Assembly: GCA_017411745.1 (NCBI GenBank)
Contig: JAFQPM010000025.1
Coordinates: 1,595-65,594, forward strand
Source: Clostridia bacterium
GTDB lineage: Bacteria; Bacillota; Clostridia; Oscillospirales; CAG-272
Length of the DNA stretch: 64,000 nt
Direction: 5' to 3'
Shown: positions 35,673 through 44,511 of the stretch, piece after piece
Position numbering within the stretch: the stretch's first letter is position 1
How the letters are laid out: the number at the start of each line of letters is the position of its first letter
The notes under the pieces: generated by a model
The model's input: only the letters and a program-made list of their open reading frames with translations
What the model was told of the DNA's origin: nothing
The model's database searches: none
Program-made: the position numbers and the translations under genes

Positions 35673-38600
35673 TTAGGGAACGACTACGTCAATTCTGATT
35701 ACTTCTATTGCCTCTCGTACACCAACCAGGCTTACCTCGTAAACCGCGGTTAAGGTCTGTCCTGTGTAGTCGGTAAGGGAGATAATGTTTGAGTTGCCGT
35801 TTAGTCTGTAAGGAACTGTGCGTTCCCCATAGTGCATATTGTTTGAAACGTGACTTACCACGCCTTCTTCCGCTGCGAACAGCTCGCATTCAATGGTATC
35901 AAGAAGTGTGCCGTCTGCGTTGTAGATCTTACAGGACAAGCCGGAGATGTCGTATCCGTCAACGGCTATCCAGCCGTTCGCCCATTGTATGTAGTTGGCG
36001 GGACCAATGGACGTATACGTGTTGGTTCCGTTTGTAATGGAGTTTCCTTCCGTGTCGTTGGTGCGGCAGTCTGAGTACGTTGTTAAGTCGCTGTAATCGC
36101 TATTTTGGCAGAAATAGAATGTATCCACGGATGCATGCCATGTCGCATCAAACAAATCGATATACGCAATCTCTATGCTATCACCTGCGGGCAGAGCTGT
36201 CAAGAAATCAAATCTTACGAAGTTGATATAATATTTTCCGTCAGCAGCCTTTGCTACGTCGCTGATCTGCGAGAGATCGAAGTAAGCTACGTGCCACTCG
36301 TTATCGACTGTAAGCTTGTTATTGGAGAGGCGCTGATTGCCGCCGTCCTGCGCGGCGTAAACGTTCGTGCTTGCGTAGAGATGATAGGTCTGCGAGTATG
36401 CAGTGCCCGACGTGTTACCTCTGTACTTGATCGCGAGATATTGTCCCGTTGCCACCTTGGCAGCATCCGTTTCCGCGTTGATCAACAAGGAGATGTAGGT
36501 CTCGCCCGATGCGTTCTGTTCCTTTGTGAGGATCAGATTTCCTTCGTTGGAAAAGCCGGCGGTGATATTGTTGTCACCTACGATATGTCCGATGCTGGTC
36601 GCATTCGTAACGGTGCTTTGAGGAGTAAACGTGGGAAGATCTACGTTAAATTCCCACAGAGTCTGAATAGATACTCCTCCGTTTACTGCGGAATCGTAAA
36701 ATCCTGCCGCCAAGACAACGGTTACCTGTCCGCCAAAGTCGCTGAGATCAAAGTTATAGGACACTCTCTTTACGGTGGGATCGGTATAAGTGTTCGTCGT
36801 AGGATCGCTGGTGACGTACGGCAAAAGCGTATCCTCAGGCTCGATCAACGCGCCGTCTGCAGCCATCCATGCGCTGTGATTGCCCTTTGCGTCAATTACC
36901 TGATAGTACAGTCCCGCAAGCTCGGTGGGGTTGTCGAGCGCGATCCAACCGTTGCTTATTGCCAGCTGCCACTTGTCGTTGGTAGACATAACGGAGGTCG
37001 AAAGCATCGTACTTGAATTCACGAATCCGTTGGTAACGTAGTCGGTCGTGCCGTTGGTAAGCGAATCTATCTGGAAATGATACCTATGGTTGCTCTCGAG
37101 ATATCCGAAACTGCTATCTGCGGAAAGCATCTTGAGCGTGTCTGCGTTGCAAAGACCTACGTAGGCGATATCGATCGTTTCCCCAACAGCCATCGCTTCG
37201 GTCATGTCGAGTCTGAAATATTTGAGATAATACTTTCCGTCAGCAGAAGGAGTTACGGAGCTCATCTGCGACAGATCGATATAGGTTATATGCCACTCTC
37301 CGTCGGAGATCAGGTGTGAATTTTCAAATCTGACAGCTCCGTCCTTGGCGGAATATTCGGAGGTGCTTGCAAAAATATTGAAATTCTTGAGGCTTGCACT
37401 GTTCGTTCTGTACTTCATAACGAGATACTGACCCGTTTCGTTGTTAGTCGATTCGGTATTTGAACGAACGGTGAAGTATGCGCCGTTTGCATTGGATTTC
37501 GTAATGGTCACGTAGCCTGTGTTAACCGTTGCGGAGAGCGATGAGTTATCGTGCTCGCCGTATCCGTCGGTTATCTGCGAGGAAAGAGAGTCTGCGGTAA
37601 AGCCTGCGTTGAGAAGATAAGAATTTGCCCGTCCAAGCTTTGCGGATCTGATGTAGAATACGTCGCCCGCTGCCGCCTCATGTAAGAAGTCGATTCGTAG
37701 CTGATTGATCTTGCCCGTCCAAGCGGCACCGAGGTCGCTCGTATTGATCCTTGCGGTATGGAACTGACCGTCTGCGGTGAGGTTGATGGGGAAATAATTG
37801 TAGGTACCGTCAACAGCCACAACGTCACCGACGCAGTAGAAGAGCTGTGCCTGATAAACTCTGCCCGCAACGCCTGCAGGGATCATATACTCAAATTCTA
37901 TATAATCATAGTTGTCTGCGGTATAGACCGTGTCGTACAACGAGTAGTTGAGATGGAAATACGGGTCTCCCGCGGTCACGTCGAGTCTGACGGCACCAAC
38001 GGATGCGTCGAAGGAGGAGATCGAGTTGGTCATATCGCGAATGAACAATGCGTTGGTTTCGTTCGAGAAATCAATATACTCAAGATTGATCTCGTCGGGG
38101 ATCTTCTGGGAAATGGAATTCTCGTTGAGCGAATAGTTGCTGGCAAAGTCCTTGTTGTTGTAGAACGTAGTACGGATGGTGCTGAGCGTGCCCGCGCAGA
38201 GCAGATAGCTGTATTCGATCGGTTCGTAGCAGACTATCTGAAGGGTCTTCAGCGGAGCAAAGTAGCTGGTGTAACCCGAGGCTGCGTCCGCCACCTTGTT
38301 TTCTTCCGATCCATCGAGTCTTCCGCCCTTTATAGTGTCTATATTGGGCACGTACATACCGAGACCGTACAGCGTGCTTTCGCTTACAAATGCGCCCCAG
38401 GTCTCCGTGTTGCTCACTTGATAATTGAACGTGGTTTCAGCGAACTTCGCAGTGTCCCCCCAGAATGGAAGATTATCTTCGCGTGTCAAATTTGCGGTTC
38501 CGCTTGTCAAATTCCAAGGATCCTTGCCATTATACCAATAATAGTCATCAAGGTAAGCGAGGGTATAGAACGCGGGAAGCTCCTGCGTGGTGTAGGGATG

Positions 38601-40709
38601 ATTGTATCCCGAGAAGTCAACCATTCTGTTGTCGACCTGAATATAGTCGCCCTTGAGTGTATAGCGATTTTCTATATAGCAGAAGGTAAAGCGGGAATCG
38701 GTCTGGGTATAGGTTCCGTCTGCGTTGGCAACGTAGTTTGCCCAGTCGAGAGGCTGAGCCTTTACGTAGATGTAGTCGCTGCCCACCTCAAAGTCGATGA
38801 TTCGGCTTTGGTTGTTATTGGCATCTCCGCCCTGAACGGGGTTGTAGGACCACTTTGCATAGGGCAGATCGTCTCTCGATTTCCACCAGTGCGGAGTATA
38901 ATTGGGATCGCTGTCTCCGTTAGTTCCGTAATAGGATTGCTGAATAAGACGGCCCGTATCGCTCGCGTTGATAAGGTTTGTGCCCGAGTTGATGCTTCCG
39001 CTGTTTGCGGTCAGATCGTAAAGCTCGGATATAGCGCCTCCCCAGGTGAGATTGATGCCAAGCTTGTAGTGTGCATCCTGCACGTAAGACAAATAGCAGG
39101 TCTTGCTGTTGTTGTAAGCAACCTGAGTCAAAGAGGGATTTACCGTTTCCGCACTGTAATTAAACAGTGCAAAATCAAAATCTCCGCTTATGAGAGGCTC
39201 AATGGTCATCTTGCTGAGGGTAAAGTACTCGTTTCGTCCGTATTTTGTGACCTTATCCTGCTCCGATCCGCCGCCATTCGAAGCAAGGAAGCTGTATTCG
39301 ACCGCGGAGAAAACGTTTTCGCCCGCCTCCATATAATATACTTCATTTGCGGTGTAATCGGTCTTGTTGGGACCGTAAGTATACGTCATCGTAAGCTTAA
39401 CGGGAACCGAAGCGTAGTAGTGCAGATGGAATCTGTTCGTCGTAGTTGCACTATAGATATCTGTGCCTGAAATTACCAGTGCATTTCCTGCAGGAACGTG
39501 CAGACCGGTTTCCGCCGCCGCGGTGTCGTATCCGCTTGCAACGTAGTCCAATCCCTCGGTCGTGGTGATGGTGGAATTGGCACCCAGATTGATCGCACCC
39601 GATGTGCCCGTTTGCGTTCCGCAGTCAGAGCAGAGGAACGCGTTGCCGCGATGTGCGTCGATATACGTGCGGTCGTGCAAGCAATTTTGAGCGTGCGTTG
39701 CGGTAGAAACGTCGATTCCTGCGTACTCAGAGGTCCAAACGTAGAACAAGAACATCGAGTACGCAACGTTTTTGAGGGCTACGCTGTCCGTGCTTGCGAG
39801 AACGCTCTGAAGGTAGTTGAGCACGCTGTAGTTCATTACTGCATAGTTGTCTCCGCCTTCACTTACGACTATCGCATATCTATGGTTGAATTTCGTTGCG
39901 GGGATATCGTTTATGAGTATGTAATAATTTCCGAGCTCGTCTTGCGTTATCTCGTTTTCATACTGCTTTCCTTCCACCGTGACTATGAGATTTTTGGGAT
40001 CTAACGCACCGTTGTATTCAAAATAGATGCGGAGACATACGGTATCCTCAAGATAAGCGTTCGCACTTGTGAATTTTATGACGCTCTCGTTCGTGGTAGA
40101 CGACGTTGAGGCTTCGATTCCGTAAAGATCCTCGTAAGACATATCGTCGAGAGGATTTGTGCCTCTGTAATACAAACCCTCGTTGGCGAGAACGTCCTGA
40201 TTATATCCGAAGTTAATCTGCGCCATAGCTCCGTAATTGAGCATGCTTTTTACGGCGGCAACTACGGGAAAGTATGCCTCGTTTGTGCCTGCAAGCTCAA
40301 GCAGCTTGTCGGCATAGTCCTTGATAGAATAGTTGTAGATCTTTTTGCTTCCGACGTCGTTTGCGTTGAATGCCTGGACCGAGACCTTGGATGCCTGCTG
40401 AGCCGCGGCAAGCGGCACCTTAAGCAGATATCTGTCCTTGACAGAGTCGTATCTAAGGGAACTCTTTTCAACCACTTCTGTGGTGCTTGAGCCGTCCTTG
40501 TTTGGAACGGTGACCTTAAAGTAGGACACGTTACTTAAGTTCTTGAAATAAAACATCAGCGACACCTTGCCGGATGCTTCGACGTTCATTGCCGAGAGCG
40601 TTTCGCCGAGATCGGCGGTGCTCGCTGCGACTATCGAGAAATTAAATCCCGATATTGCAAACAAGCAGATAAGCAGTACGGCGAGAACTTTTGTCAGAAA
40701 TTTTTTCAT
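35673..40709 (-). CDS. 1678-aa secreted multi-domain protein with an uncharacterised central domain and duplicated C-terminal beta-sandwich-like modules
   Basis: The signal peptide is MKKFLTKVLAVLLICLFAISGFNFSIVAAS. SD AAGAGGTGGG lies upstream, and a TTGACT-17-TATAAT promoter sits at 40791-40819. Internal duplications are listed as separate features. I recognised no catalytic family. Confidence 0.85.
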   Translation of the reverse strand: MKKFLTKVLAVLLICLFAISGFNFSIVAASTADLGETLSAMNVEASGKVSLMFYFKNLSNVSYFKVTVPNKDGSSTTEVVEKSSLRYDSVKDRYLLKVPLAAAQQASKVSVQAFNANDVGSKKIYNYSIKDYADKLLELAGTNEAYFPVVAAVKSMLNYGAMAQINFGYNQDVLANEGLYYRGTNPLDDMSYEDLYGIEASTSSTTNESVIKFTSANAYLEDTVCLRIYFEYNGALDPKNLIVTVEGKQYENEITQDELGNYYILINDIPATKFNHRYAIVVSEGGDNYAVMNYSVLNYLQSVLASTDSVALKNVAYSMFLFYVWTSEYAGIDVSTATHAQNCLHDRTYIDAHRGNAFLCSDCGTQTGTSGAINLGANSTITTTEGLDYVASGYDTAAAETGLHVPAGNALVISGTDIYSATTTNRFHLHYYASVPVKLTMTYTYGPNKTDYTANEVYYMEAGENVFSAVEYSFLASNGGGSEQDKVTKYGRNEYFTLSKMTIEPLISGDFDFALFNYSAETVNPSLTQVAYNNSKTCYLSYVQDAHYKLGINLTWGGAISELYDLTANSGSINSGTNLINASDTGRLIQQSYYGTNGDSDPNYTPHWWKSRDDLPYAKWSYNPVQGGDANNNQSRIIDFEVGSDYIYVKAQPLDWANYVANADGTYTQTDSRFTFCYIENRYTLKGDYIQVDNRMVDFSGYNHPYTTQELPAFYTLAYLDDYYWYNGKDPWNLTSGTANLTREDNLPFWGDTAKFAETTFNYQVSNTETWGAFVSESTLYGLGMYVPNIDTIKGGRLDGSEENKVADAASGYTSYFAPLKTLQIVCYEPIEYSYLLCAGTLSTIRTTFYNNKDFASNYSLNENSISQKIPDEINLEYIDFSNETNALFIRDMTNSISSFDASVGAVRLDVTAGDPYFHLNYSLYDTVYTADNYDYIEFEYMIPAGVAGRVYQAQLFYCVGDVVAVDGTYNYFPINLTADGQFHTARINTSDLGAAWTGKINQLRIDFLHEAAAGDVFYIRSAKLGRANSYLLNAGFTADSLSSQITDGYGEHDNSSLSATVNTGYVTITKSNANGAYFTVRSNTESTNNETGQYLVMKYRTNSASLKNFNIFASTSEYSAKDGAVRFENSHLISDGEWHITYIDLSQMSSVTPSADGKYYLKYFRLDMTEAMAVGETIDIAYVGLCNADTLKMLSADSSFGYLESNHRYHFQIDSLTNGTTDYVTNGFVNSSTMLSTSVMSTNDKWQLAISNGWIALDNPTELAGLYYQVIDAKGNHSAWMAADGALIEPEDTLLPYVTSDPTTNTYTDPTVKRVSYNFDLSDFGGQVTVVLAAGFYDSAVNGGVSIQTLWEFNVDLPTFTPQSTVTNATSIGHIVGDNNITAGFSNEGNLILTKEQNASGETYISLLINAETDAAKVATGQYLAIKYRGNTSGTAYSQTYHLYASTNVYAAQDGGNQRLSNNKLTVDNEWHVAYFDLSQISDVAKAADGKYYINFVRFDFLTALPAGDSIEIAYIDLFDATWHASVDTFYFCQNSDYSDLTTYSDCRTNDTEGNSITNGTNTYTSIGPANYIQWANGWIAVDGYDISGLSCKIYNADGTLLDTIECELFAAEEGVVSHVSNNMHYGERTVPYRLNGNSNIISLTDYTGQTLTAVYEVSLVGVREAIEVIRIDVVVP
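35676..36587 (-). repeat. Internal duplication, copy 2 (aa ~1375-1678)
   Basis: TGQYLAIKYRGN ... DNEWHVAYFDLSQIS..ADGKYYINFVRFDFLTALPAGDSIEIAYIDL ... NGWIAVDGYDISGL parallels copy 1. Confidence 0.8.
36660..37592 (-). repeat. Internal duplication, copy 1 (aa ~1040-1350)
   Basis: TGQYLVMKYRTN ... DGEWHITYIDLSQMS..ADGKYYLKYFRLDMTEAMAVGETIDIAYVGL ... NGWIALDNPTELAGL. A more diverged third copy lies at about 37635-38072 (YDYIEFEYM ... INQLRIDFLHEAAAGDVFYIRSAKL). Confidence 0.8.
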
Positions 40710-40790
40710 AACCCACCTCTTATGGAATAAATGAAGCGTCGCTAAGTCAAAAATACAATCTGTTTCGACGTGCGACGCACTGTACTAAAT

Positions 40791-40819
40791 ATTATACAAC
40801 CTTACAGGGCAAAAGTCAA
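40791..40819 (-). promoter_or_regulatory. Promoter of the giant secreted-protein gene
   Basis: On the minus strand: TTGACT (40819-40814), 17-nt spacer, TATAAT (40796-40791). Confidence 0.6.
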
Positions 40820-41078
40820 GGGTTTTTTGAAAAAAATAGCACAATTTACATATTATATATGACAATTTTCAGAAAAAAGGTGAAATATCTTCGAATTTCG
40901 ACCTCTTTTTAAGCTTTTAAGCAGAATTTAGGAAGACAAGGCAAATGAGGTCTTCCATATAAAAAAGCGCTTGCGAAGAAGCGCCTCGAGAAACTTTGTC
41001 AACATCCAGCTAAACGTTTTGGGCTTTCGCACGAGACGAAACCCTAATGCTTGAAAAATCGAGCAGGGAACTGCCCGG

Positions 41079-41117
41079 AAAAAGCAGTGCACGGAAGGCG
41101 GGTTGCCTTCCGTGCAC
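41079..41117 (-). terminator. Strong terminator of the small peptide gene
   Basis: A perfect 13-bp stem, GTGCACGGAAGGC with GCCTTCCGTGCAC (41087-41117). On the minus strand it is followed by TGCTTTTT. Confidence 0.85.
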
Positions 41118-41219
41118 ATATTGCTTTGAATTCTCGGTTTAGAAGCACAGCAAGTTTTGGCGGATCTTTTTGTCCGGACTTTGTTCCTCGGTCGCTTCTT
41201 CAACTCCAAATCCTCACCT

Positions 41220-41345
41220 TTATTCCCATCCGGTTACGTCTTCAAAGGTCACTTCTCCGCCTTGGTTGCTCAAGGTAAGAATGTCTTCATCTACGAGCTC
41301 CACTTTGATCGAGGGCGCAGAGTATACGAGCTTTTCGTTTTTCAT
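41220..41345 (-). CDS. 41-aa acidic peptide (not in the ORF track)
   Basis: The peptide is MKNEKLVYSAPSIKVELVDEDILTLSNQGGEVTFEDVTGWE. GGAG lies 10 nt upstream. The gene has its own perfect consensus promoter and a strong terminator about 100 nt downstream. Confidence 0.6.
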   Translation of the reverse strand: MKNEKLVYSAPSIKVELVDEDILTLSNQGGEVTFEDVTGWE

Positions 41346-41437
41346 TTCGATACATCTCCGTTTGTTATTAAGTATTTGTTCGTGCTTGTGTCTCAATGCT
41401 TGCGGCAGCGAAGCTACCTGCTAATAATTCAGTTTAC

Positions 41438-41466
41438 ATTATATCACACAAAAACACCCGTGTCAA
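41438..41466 (-). promoter_or_regulatory. Perfect consensus promoter of the small peptide gene
   Basis: On the minus strand: TTGACA (41466-41461), 17-nt spacer, TATAAT (41443-41438). Confidence 0.7.
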
Positions 41467-41539
41467 TAGTTGTTGAAAAAAATTTTTGGGAAAACTTCGG
41501 AATGCGCATCAACGAGCAATAGAATAACAAGCTATAGGT

Positions 41540-42865
41540 TTAAAAATTTTCAAATTTAATAAATTTTATGCTGTTTGGCGGCATACACAAGATAGAAAGA
41601 TCCTCGTTAGTCTCCGCGAAAAGATTATTCTCGTCAACAGCGTAGGTTTTCGCGGAATATCCCGATAGTCCGTCAAGATTTAGAGAGATCTCCTGATTTT
41701 CACCCGTGCGGTTGACTATGGCAAGAGCCGCGCTTTGCTCTCCGCGTGCCGCGATAGCGTAAATGCCGTCATTGTCGGAACAACACTCGATCTGTTCTCC
41801 AAGCGTATAGAGCTGACCGAAAATATAAAAAGAATAGTAAGTGTTAAAAACCCCGTGATTGATCGGATTGAACAGACCGCAATAAGGAGACATAACGTTG
41901 GAGTCGTAATACATCAACATATCTACGGGGGCGTTTTGCATAGCGATCATATTGGCAAGAACGTTGACTGCGTCCTCTGCCGTACCGCGCAGATGAAAGC
42001 TCGGGTTCCATTCGTTGAGATGTATCTCGCAGCTCGTGTATCCCGCCTCGTCGAGCGCTTTTCTCGGGAATTCGGCAAATTCCACCATATCCTTTATTCC
42101 CGCATAGCTGTGCCAGCTGAAAAAGTCAAGCGGAAGCTTGCGGTCGCGTACATATTCAACGAATTTTACGAAAAATTCAATAAAATACTCGGTTCGCGAG
42201 GACGAATTTGCGATGCTTGACACGTCGACCGAATTTATCGCGTAAAATCCGCACGAGCCGTATCCGCCGATCTTTAAATGAGGAAATTTTTTCTTCAAAT
42301 GCGTTGACGTGACCTCGTAAAGTCTGAAATAATCCTCCATAGAGCCCTTCCACATCACGTTGTCCTTAACGGCAGGCTGATTGTCGGGCTCGTTCCAGAT
42401 CTCCCAGTATTCGATGCCCATTTTAAATCCGTTTGCCCAGCCCTCGTTGTAGTGAAGGATGATATGCTCGCATATACGTGCCCATTTTTCGTAATCCTTC
42501 GGCGGAAAGATGTGATACGGTTTTATGTATTGATGATTTTCAATAGAAACACCAAGACGGTAATAAGGTTTTATTCCGTTGGCGCACATTTCGGAAAGAA
42601 GCGCGTCGGTGAATGCAAAATCGTAAGAATTGGGGTCGTTTTCATCGGCGTCAAAGCAGGGAAAAACGTTAGGAATATCAACGTAGTGCGCTCCGCCGAA
42701 GTAGCCACCCGTGTCGTGCAAACGAGCGTACGGTACGTGTGCATCTCGAAGCTTGCCGAAAAGATCGTATCCCCAATCCGTCGGCACGGTGGGCATATTA
42801 TTGACTGCGTGCATTGGCTTGATCCTTCCGCAGACTTCGTTGAAATTTGCGTGTATTTTTATCAT
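41540..42865 (-). CDS. GH39-like clan GH-A glycoside hydrolase
   Basis: IEYWEIWNEPDN is the acid/base NEP motif as found in GH39 xylosidases. There is no signal peptide. AGGAGG lies upstream. Confidence 0.55.
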   Translation of the reverse strand: MIKIHANFNEVCGRIKPMHAVNNMPTVPTDWGYDLFGKLRDAHVPYARLHDTGGYFGGAHYVDIPNVFPCFDADENDPNSYDFAFTDALLSEMCANGIKPYYRLGVSIENHQYIKPYHIFPPKDYEKWARICEHIILHYNEGWANGFKMGIEYWEIWNEPDNQPAVKDNVMWKGSMEDYFRLYEVTSTHLKKKFPHLKIGGYGSCGFYAINSVDVSSIANSSSRTEYFIEFFVKFVEYVRDRKLPLDFFSWHSYAGIKDMVEFAEFPRKALDEAGYTSCEIHLNEWNPSFHLRGTAEDAVNVLANMIAMQNAPVDMLMYYDSNVMSPYCGLFNPINHGVFNTYYSFYIFGQLYTLGEQIECCSDNDGIYAIAARGEQSAALAIVNRTGENQEISLNLDGLSGYSAKTYAVDENNLFAETNEDLSILCMPPNSIKFIKFENF

Positions 42866-43001
42866 AAACGAGCCTCCTCGATGATATTATATTTTAATTA
42901 TACCCCGTTGAATTTGTTTTGTCAACTTATTTTACAAGCGCTATAACAACAGCCGCCTGTTCTAAGACAAACGGCTGTATTTTTAAAATTTGTTCGAAGC
43001 C

Positions 43002-43340
43002 TTATTTTCCGTAAGGTGTTCTGTGGTGCTTGGAGTTTTCGCTTGCACTTGTGTCCTTTTCCGCTTCGGTTCCGTGTGTGGCATCCTCGCGGTTGTCGTC
43101 GTCGACTACATCGCTTACGATGTTTCCTGCGCCGTTGATGATATCATCTGCCATATCTCCAACATTGCTGCCGATCTCGCCTGCGACGCTGTCGTTAGCG
43201 GCTTTTTTCGTAGTTTCTACTGTTGTTTCCTTGCCTGTGTCGTCGCCCGACGTGTTGTCGTTTACTCCGCAAGATGCTAACAAGGCACTCGTGCACATAG
43301 TCAGCGCCAATGCGGAAATTATGATTTTTTTATTTAACAT
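43002..43340 (-). CDS. Small acidic lipoprotein
   Basis: Start at ATG 43340 (GGAG upstream). The signal plus lipobox reads MLNKKIIISALALTMCTSALLASC. The mature part is rich in D, E and T. Confidence 0.65.
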   Translation of the reverse strand: MLNKKIIISALALTMCTSALLASCGVNDNTSGDDTGKETTVETTKKAANDSVAGEIGSNVGDMADDIINGAGNIVSDVVDDDNREDATHGTEAEKDTSASENSKHHRTPYGK

Positions 43341-43574
43341 AGCCTGTGCTCCGTATTCGTCTCTTTGCGCCAAATTGATCTTGTCAGGTTGACGCAAAGT
43401 TAGTTTGTCCCGCGGCGTTGCTTTTCAATCCTTTATTTTTTAGGTAATGTGTGGAATATAACGCAAAGAACGGCAATAAATTTTCAAAAGGGCAGCGTTA
43501 TCCGCTTTAATGTCCAAAACAGTTTTTGACGAATAACGCAATATTTTAAACGATCGCTTGACAATTACGGTAAT

Positions 43575-44486
43575 ATGAGATATAATTTAAAAAAGATATG
43601 TAAAAAAATTTTAGCATTCTTCGCGGTAGTGCTTTTCTTACTAGTGGCGCTTGCGTCAGATTGCCTTGCTTTTGATGAAGAAACGGTGGAGCTTGTCGGC
43701 GAAAAAAGCTCTTTGTTTATGGACGCCTCATTATCGGAGGAAGGCGGCTGCGTGGAAGTGACTTTGGGCTCGTCGCGGTCTGCCTGCGGCATATTGGCAA
43801 CGCTTTCGTATGATCCTGAGTTGCTGTCGTTCTTGACGTTTGCAAAGAGCGACGCACTTGGAGAGAAAGTAACCGTTTCTTGCTTCGACTCAAACGGCAC
43901 GTTGCGGATTCTTGTCGATGCCGACGAGAATTTTGAGGGTGTCTTGTGCAGATTTTTCTTTTCGATAAACGAAACAAAGTTGAGTGAGAAGGCAGAAGGC
44001 GGGCTTTTATCCGAGATAAGCGTTTTGCCCGAGTCGGCGTACGGGAAGACCGACTCTGGATTTAGCGAGCTTTTCTTTGACGGCGCGACCGAGCTGCTTG
44101 ACCTGAACGGATCGCAAGATAGCGAGCAAAACAAAGTTGAAGACTTTGACTCCGTGTCGGTGCAGTGGATCGATTTTGAAAACGCTTTCCAGACACAATG
44201 CTCGGTGTGCGTTTCTGGCTTTTTTGAAAAAAACGAGGTTGCCGCAGGCTTCGAGATCACGGTAAGCTGTGAAAATTTCACCGAAACCTATACGGCGTCT
44301 CGGATTTTGCCCGCGGAAGCGGAAAATGACCGAAAATATGCGGTGATAGTGCCGTTGCCGATTCGTGATAGCTTTTACGTCACGGTTCGCGAGATCGGGT
44401 ATTTTGGCAAGAACGTTATCGTTGAAGATAAAACAAATTGCTTTTTTATTTGCGGCTCGAGCGTTGAACGAGTCGGATCTGATTGA
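43575..44486 (+). CDS. Secreted protein with a possible cohesin-like domain
   Basis: The signal peptide is KKILAFFAVVLFLLVALASDCLA. GGCVEVTLGSSRSACGILATLSYDPELLSF follows the cohesin pattern (G.V.V.V...GI....L.YD...L). The start codon lacks a clear SD and lies inside a promoter-like element. Confidence 0.5.
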   Translation: MRYNLKKICKKILAFFAVVLFLLVALASDCLAFDEETVELVGEKSSLFMDASLSEEGGCVEVTLGSSRSACGILATLSYDPELLSFLTFAKSDALGEKVTVSCFDSNGTLRILVDADENFEGVLCRFFFSINETKLSEKAEGGLLSEISVLPESAYGKTDSGFSELFFDGATELLDLNGSQDSEQNKVEDFDSVSVQWIDFENAFQTQCSVCVSGFFEKNEVAAGFEITVSCENFTETYTASRILPAEAENDRKYAVIVPLPIRDSFYVTVREIGYFGKNVIVEDKTNCFFICGSSVERVGSD

Positions 44487-44511
44487 TAAAATTCAAATGA
44501 GGTATTGATCA

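Noticed and set aside
36105-39470. Long + strand ORFs (303 aa and 570 aa) inside the giant gene.
   Set aside because: They lie antisense to a 1678-aa ORF that has a signal peptide, an SD, a promoter and internally duplicated protein modules. They are typical shadow ORFs of a GC3-biased gene.
40928-41209. A 93-aa minus-strand ORF (TTG start) downstream of the 41-aa peptide gene.
   Set aside because: It reads straight through the 13-bp GC-rich terminator hairpin at 41087-41117 and a second hairpin at about 40966-40985. Its start is non-ATG with poor spacing, and the product is a basic low-complexity sequence.
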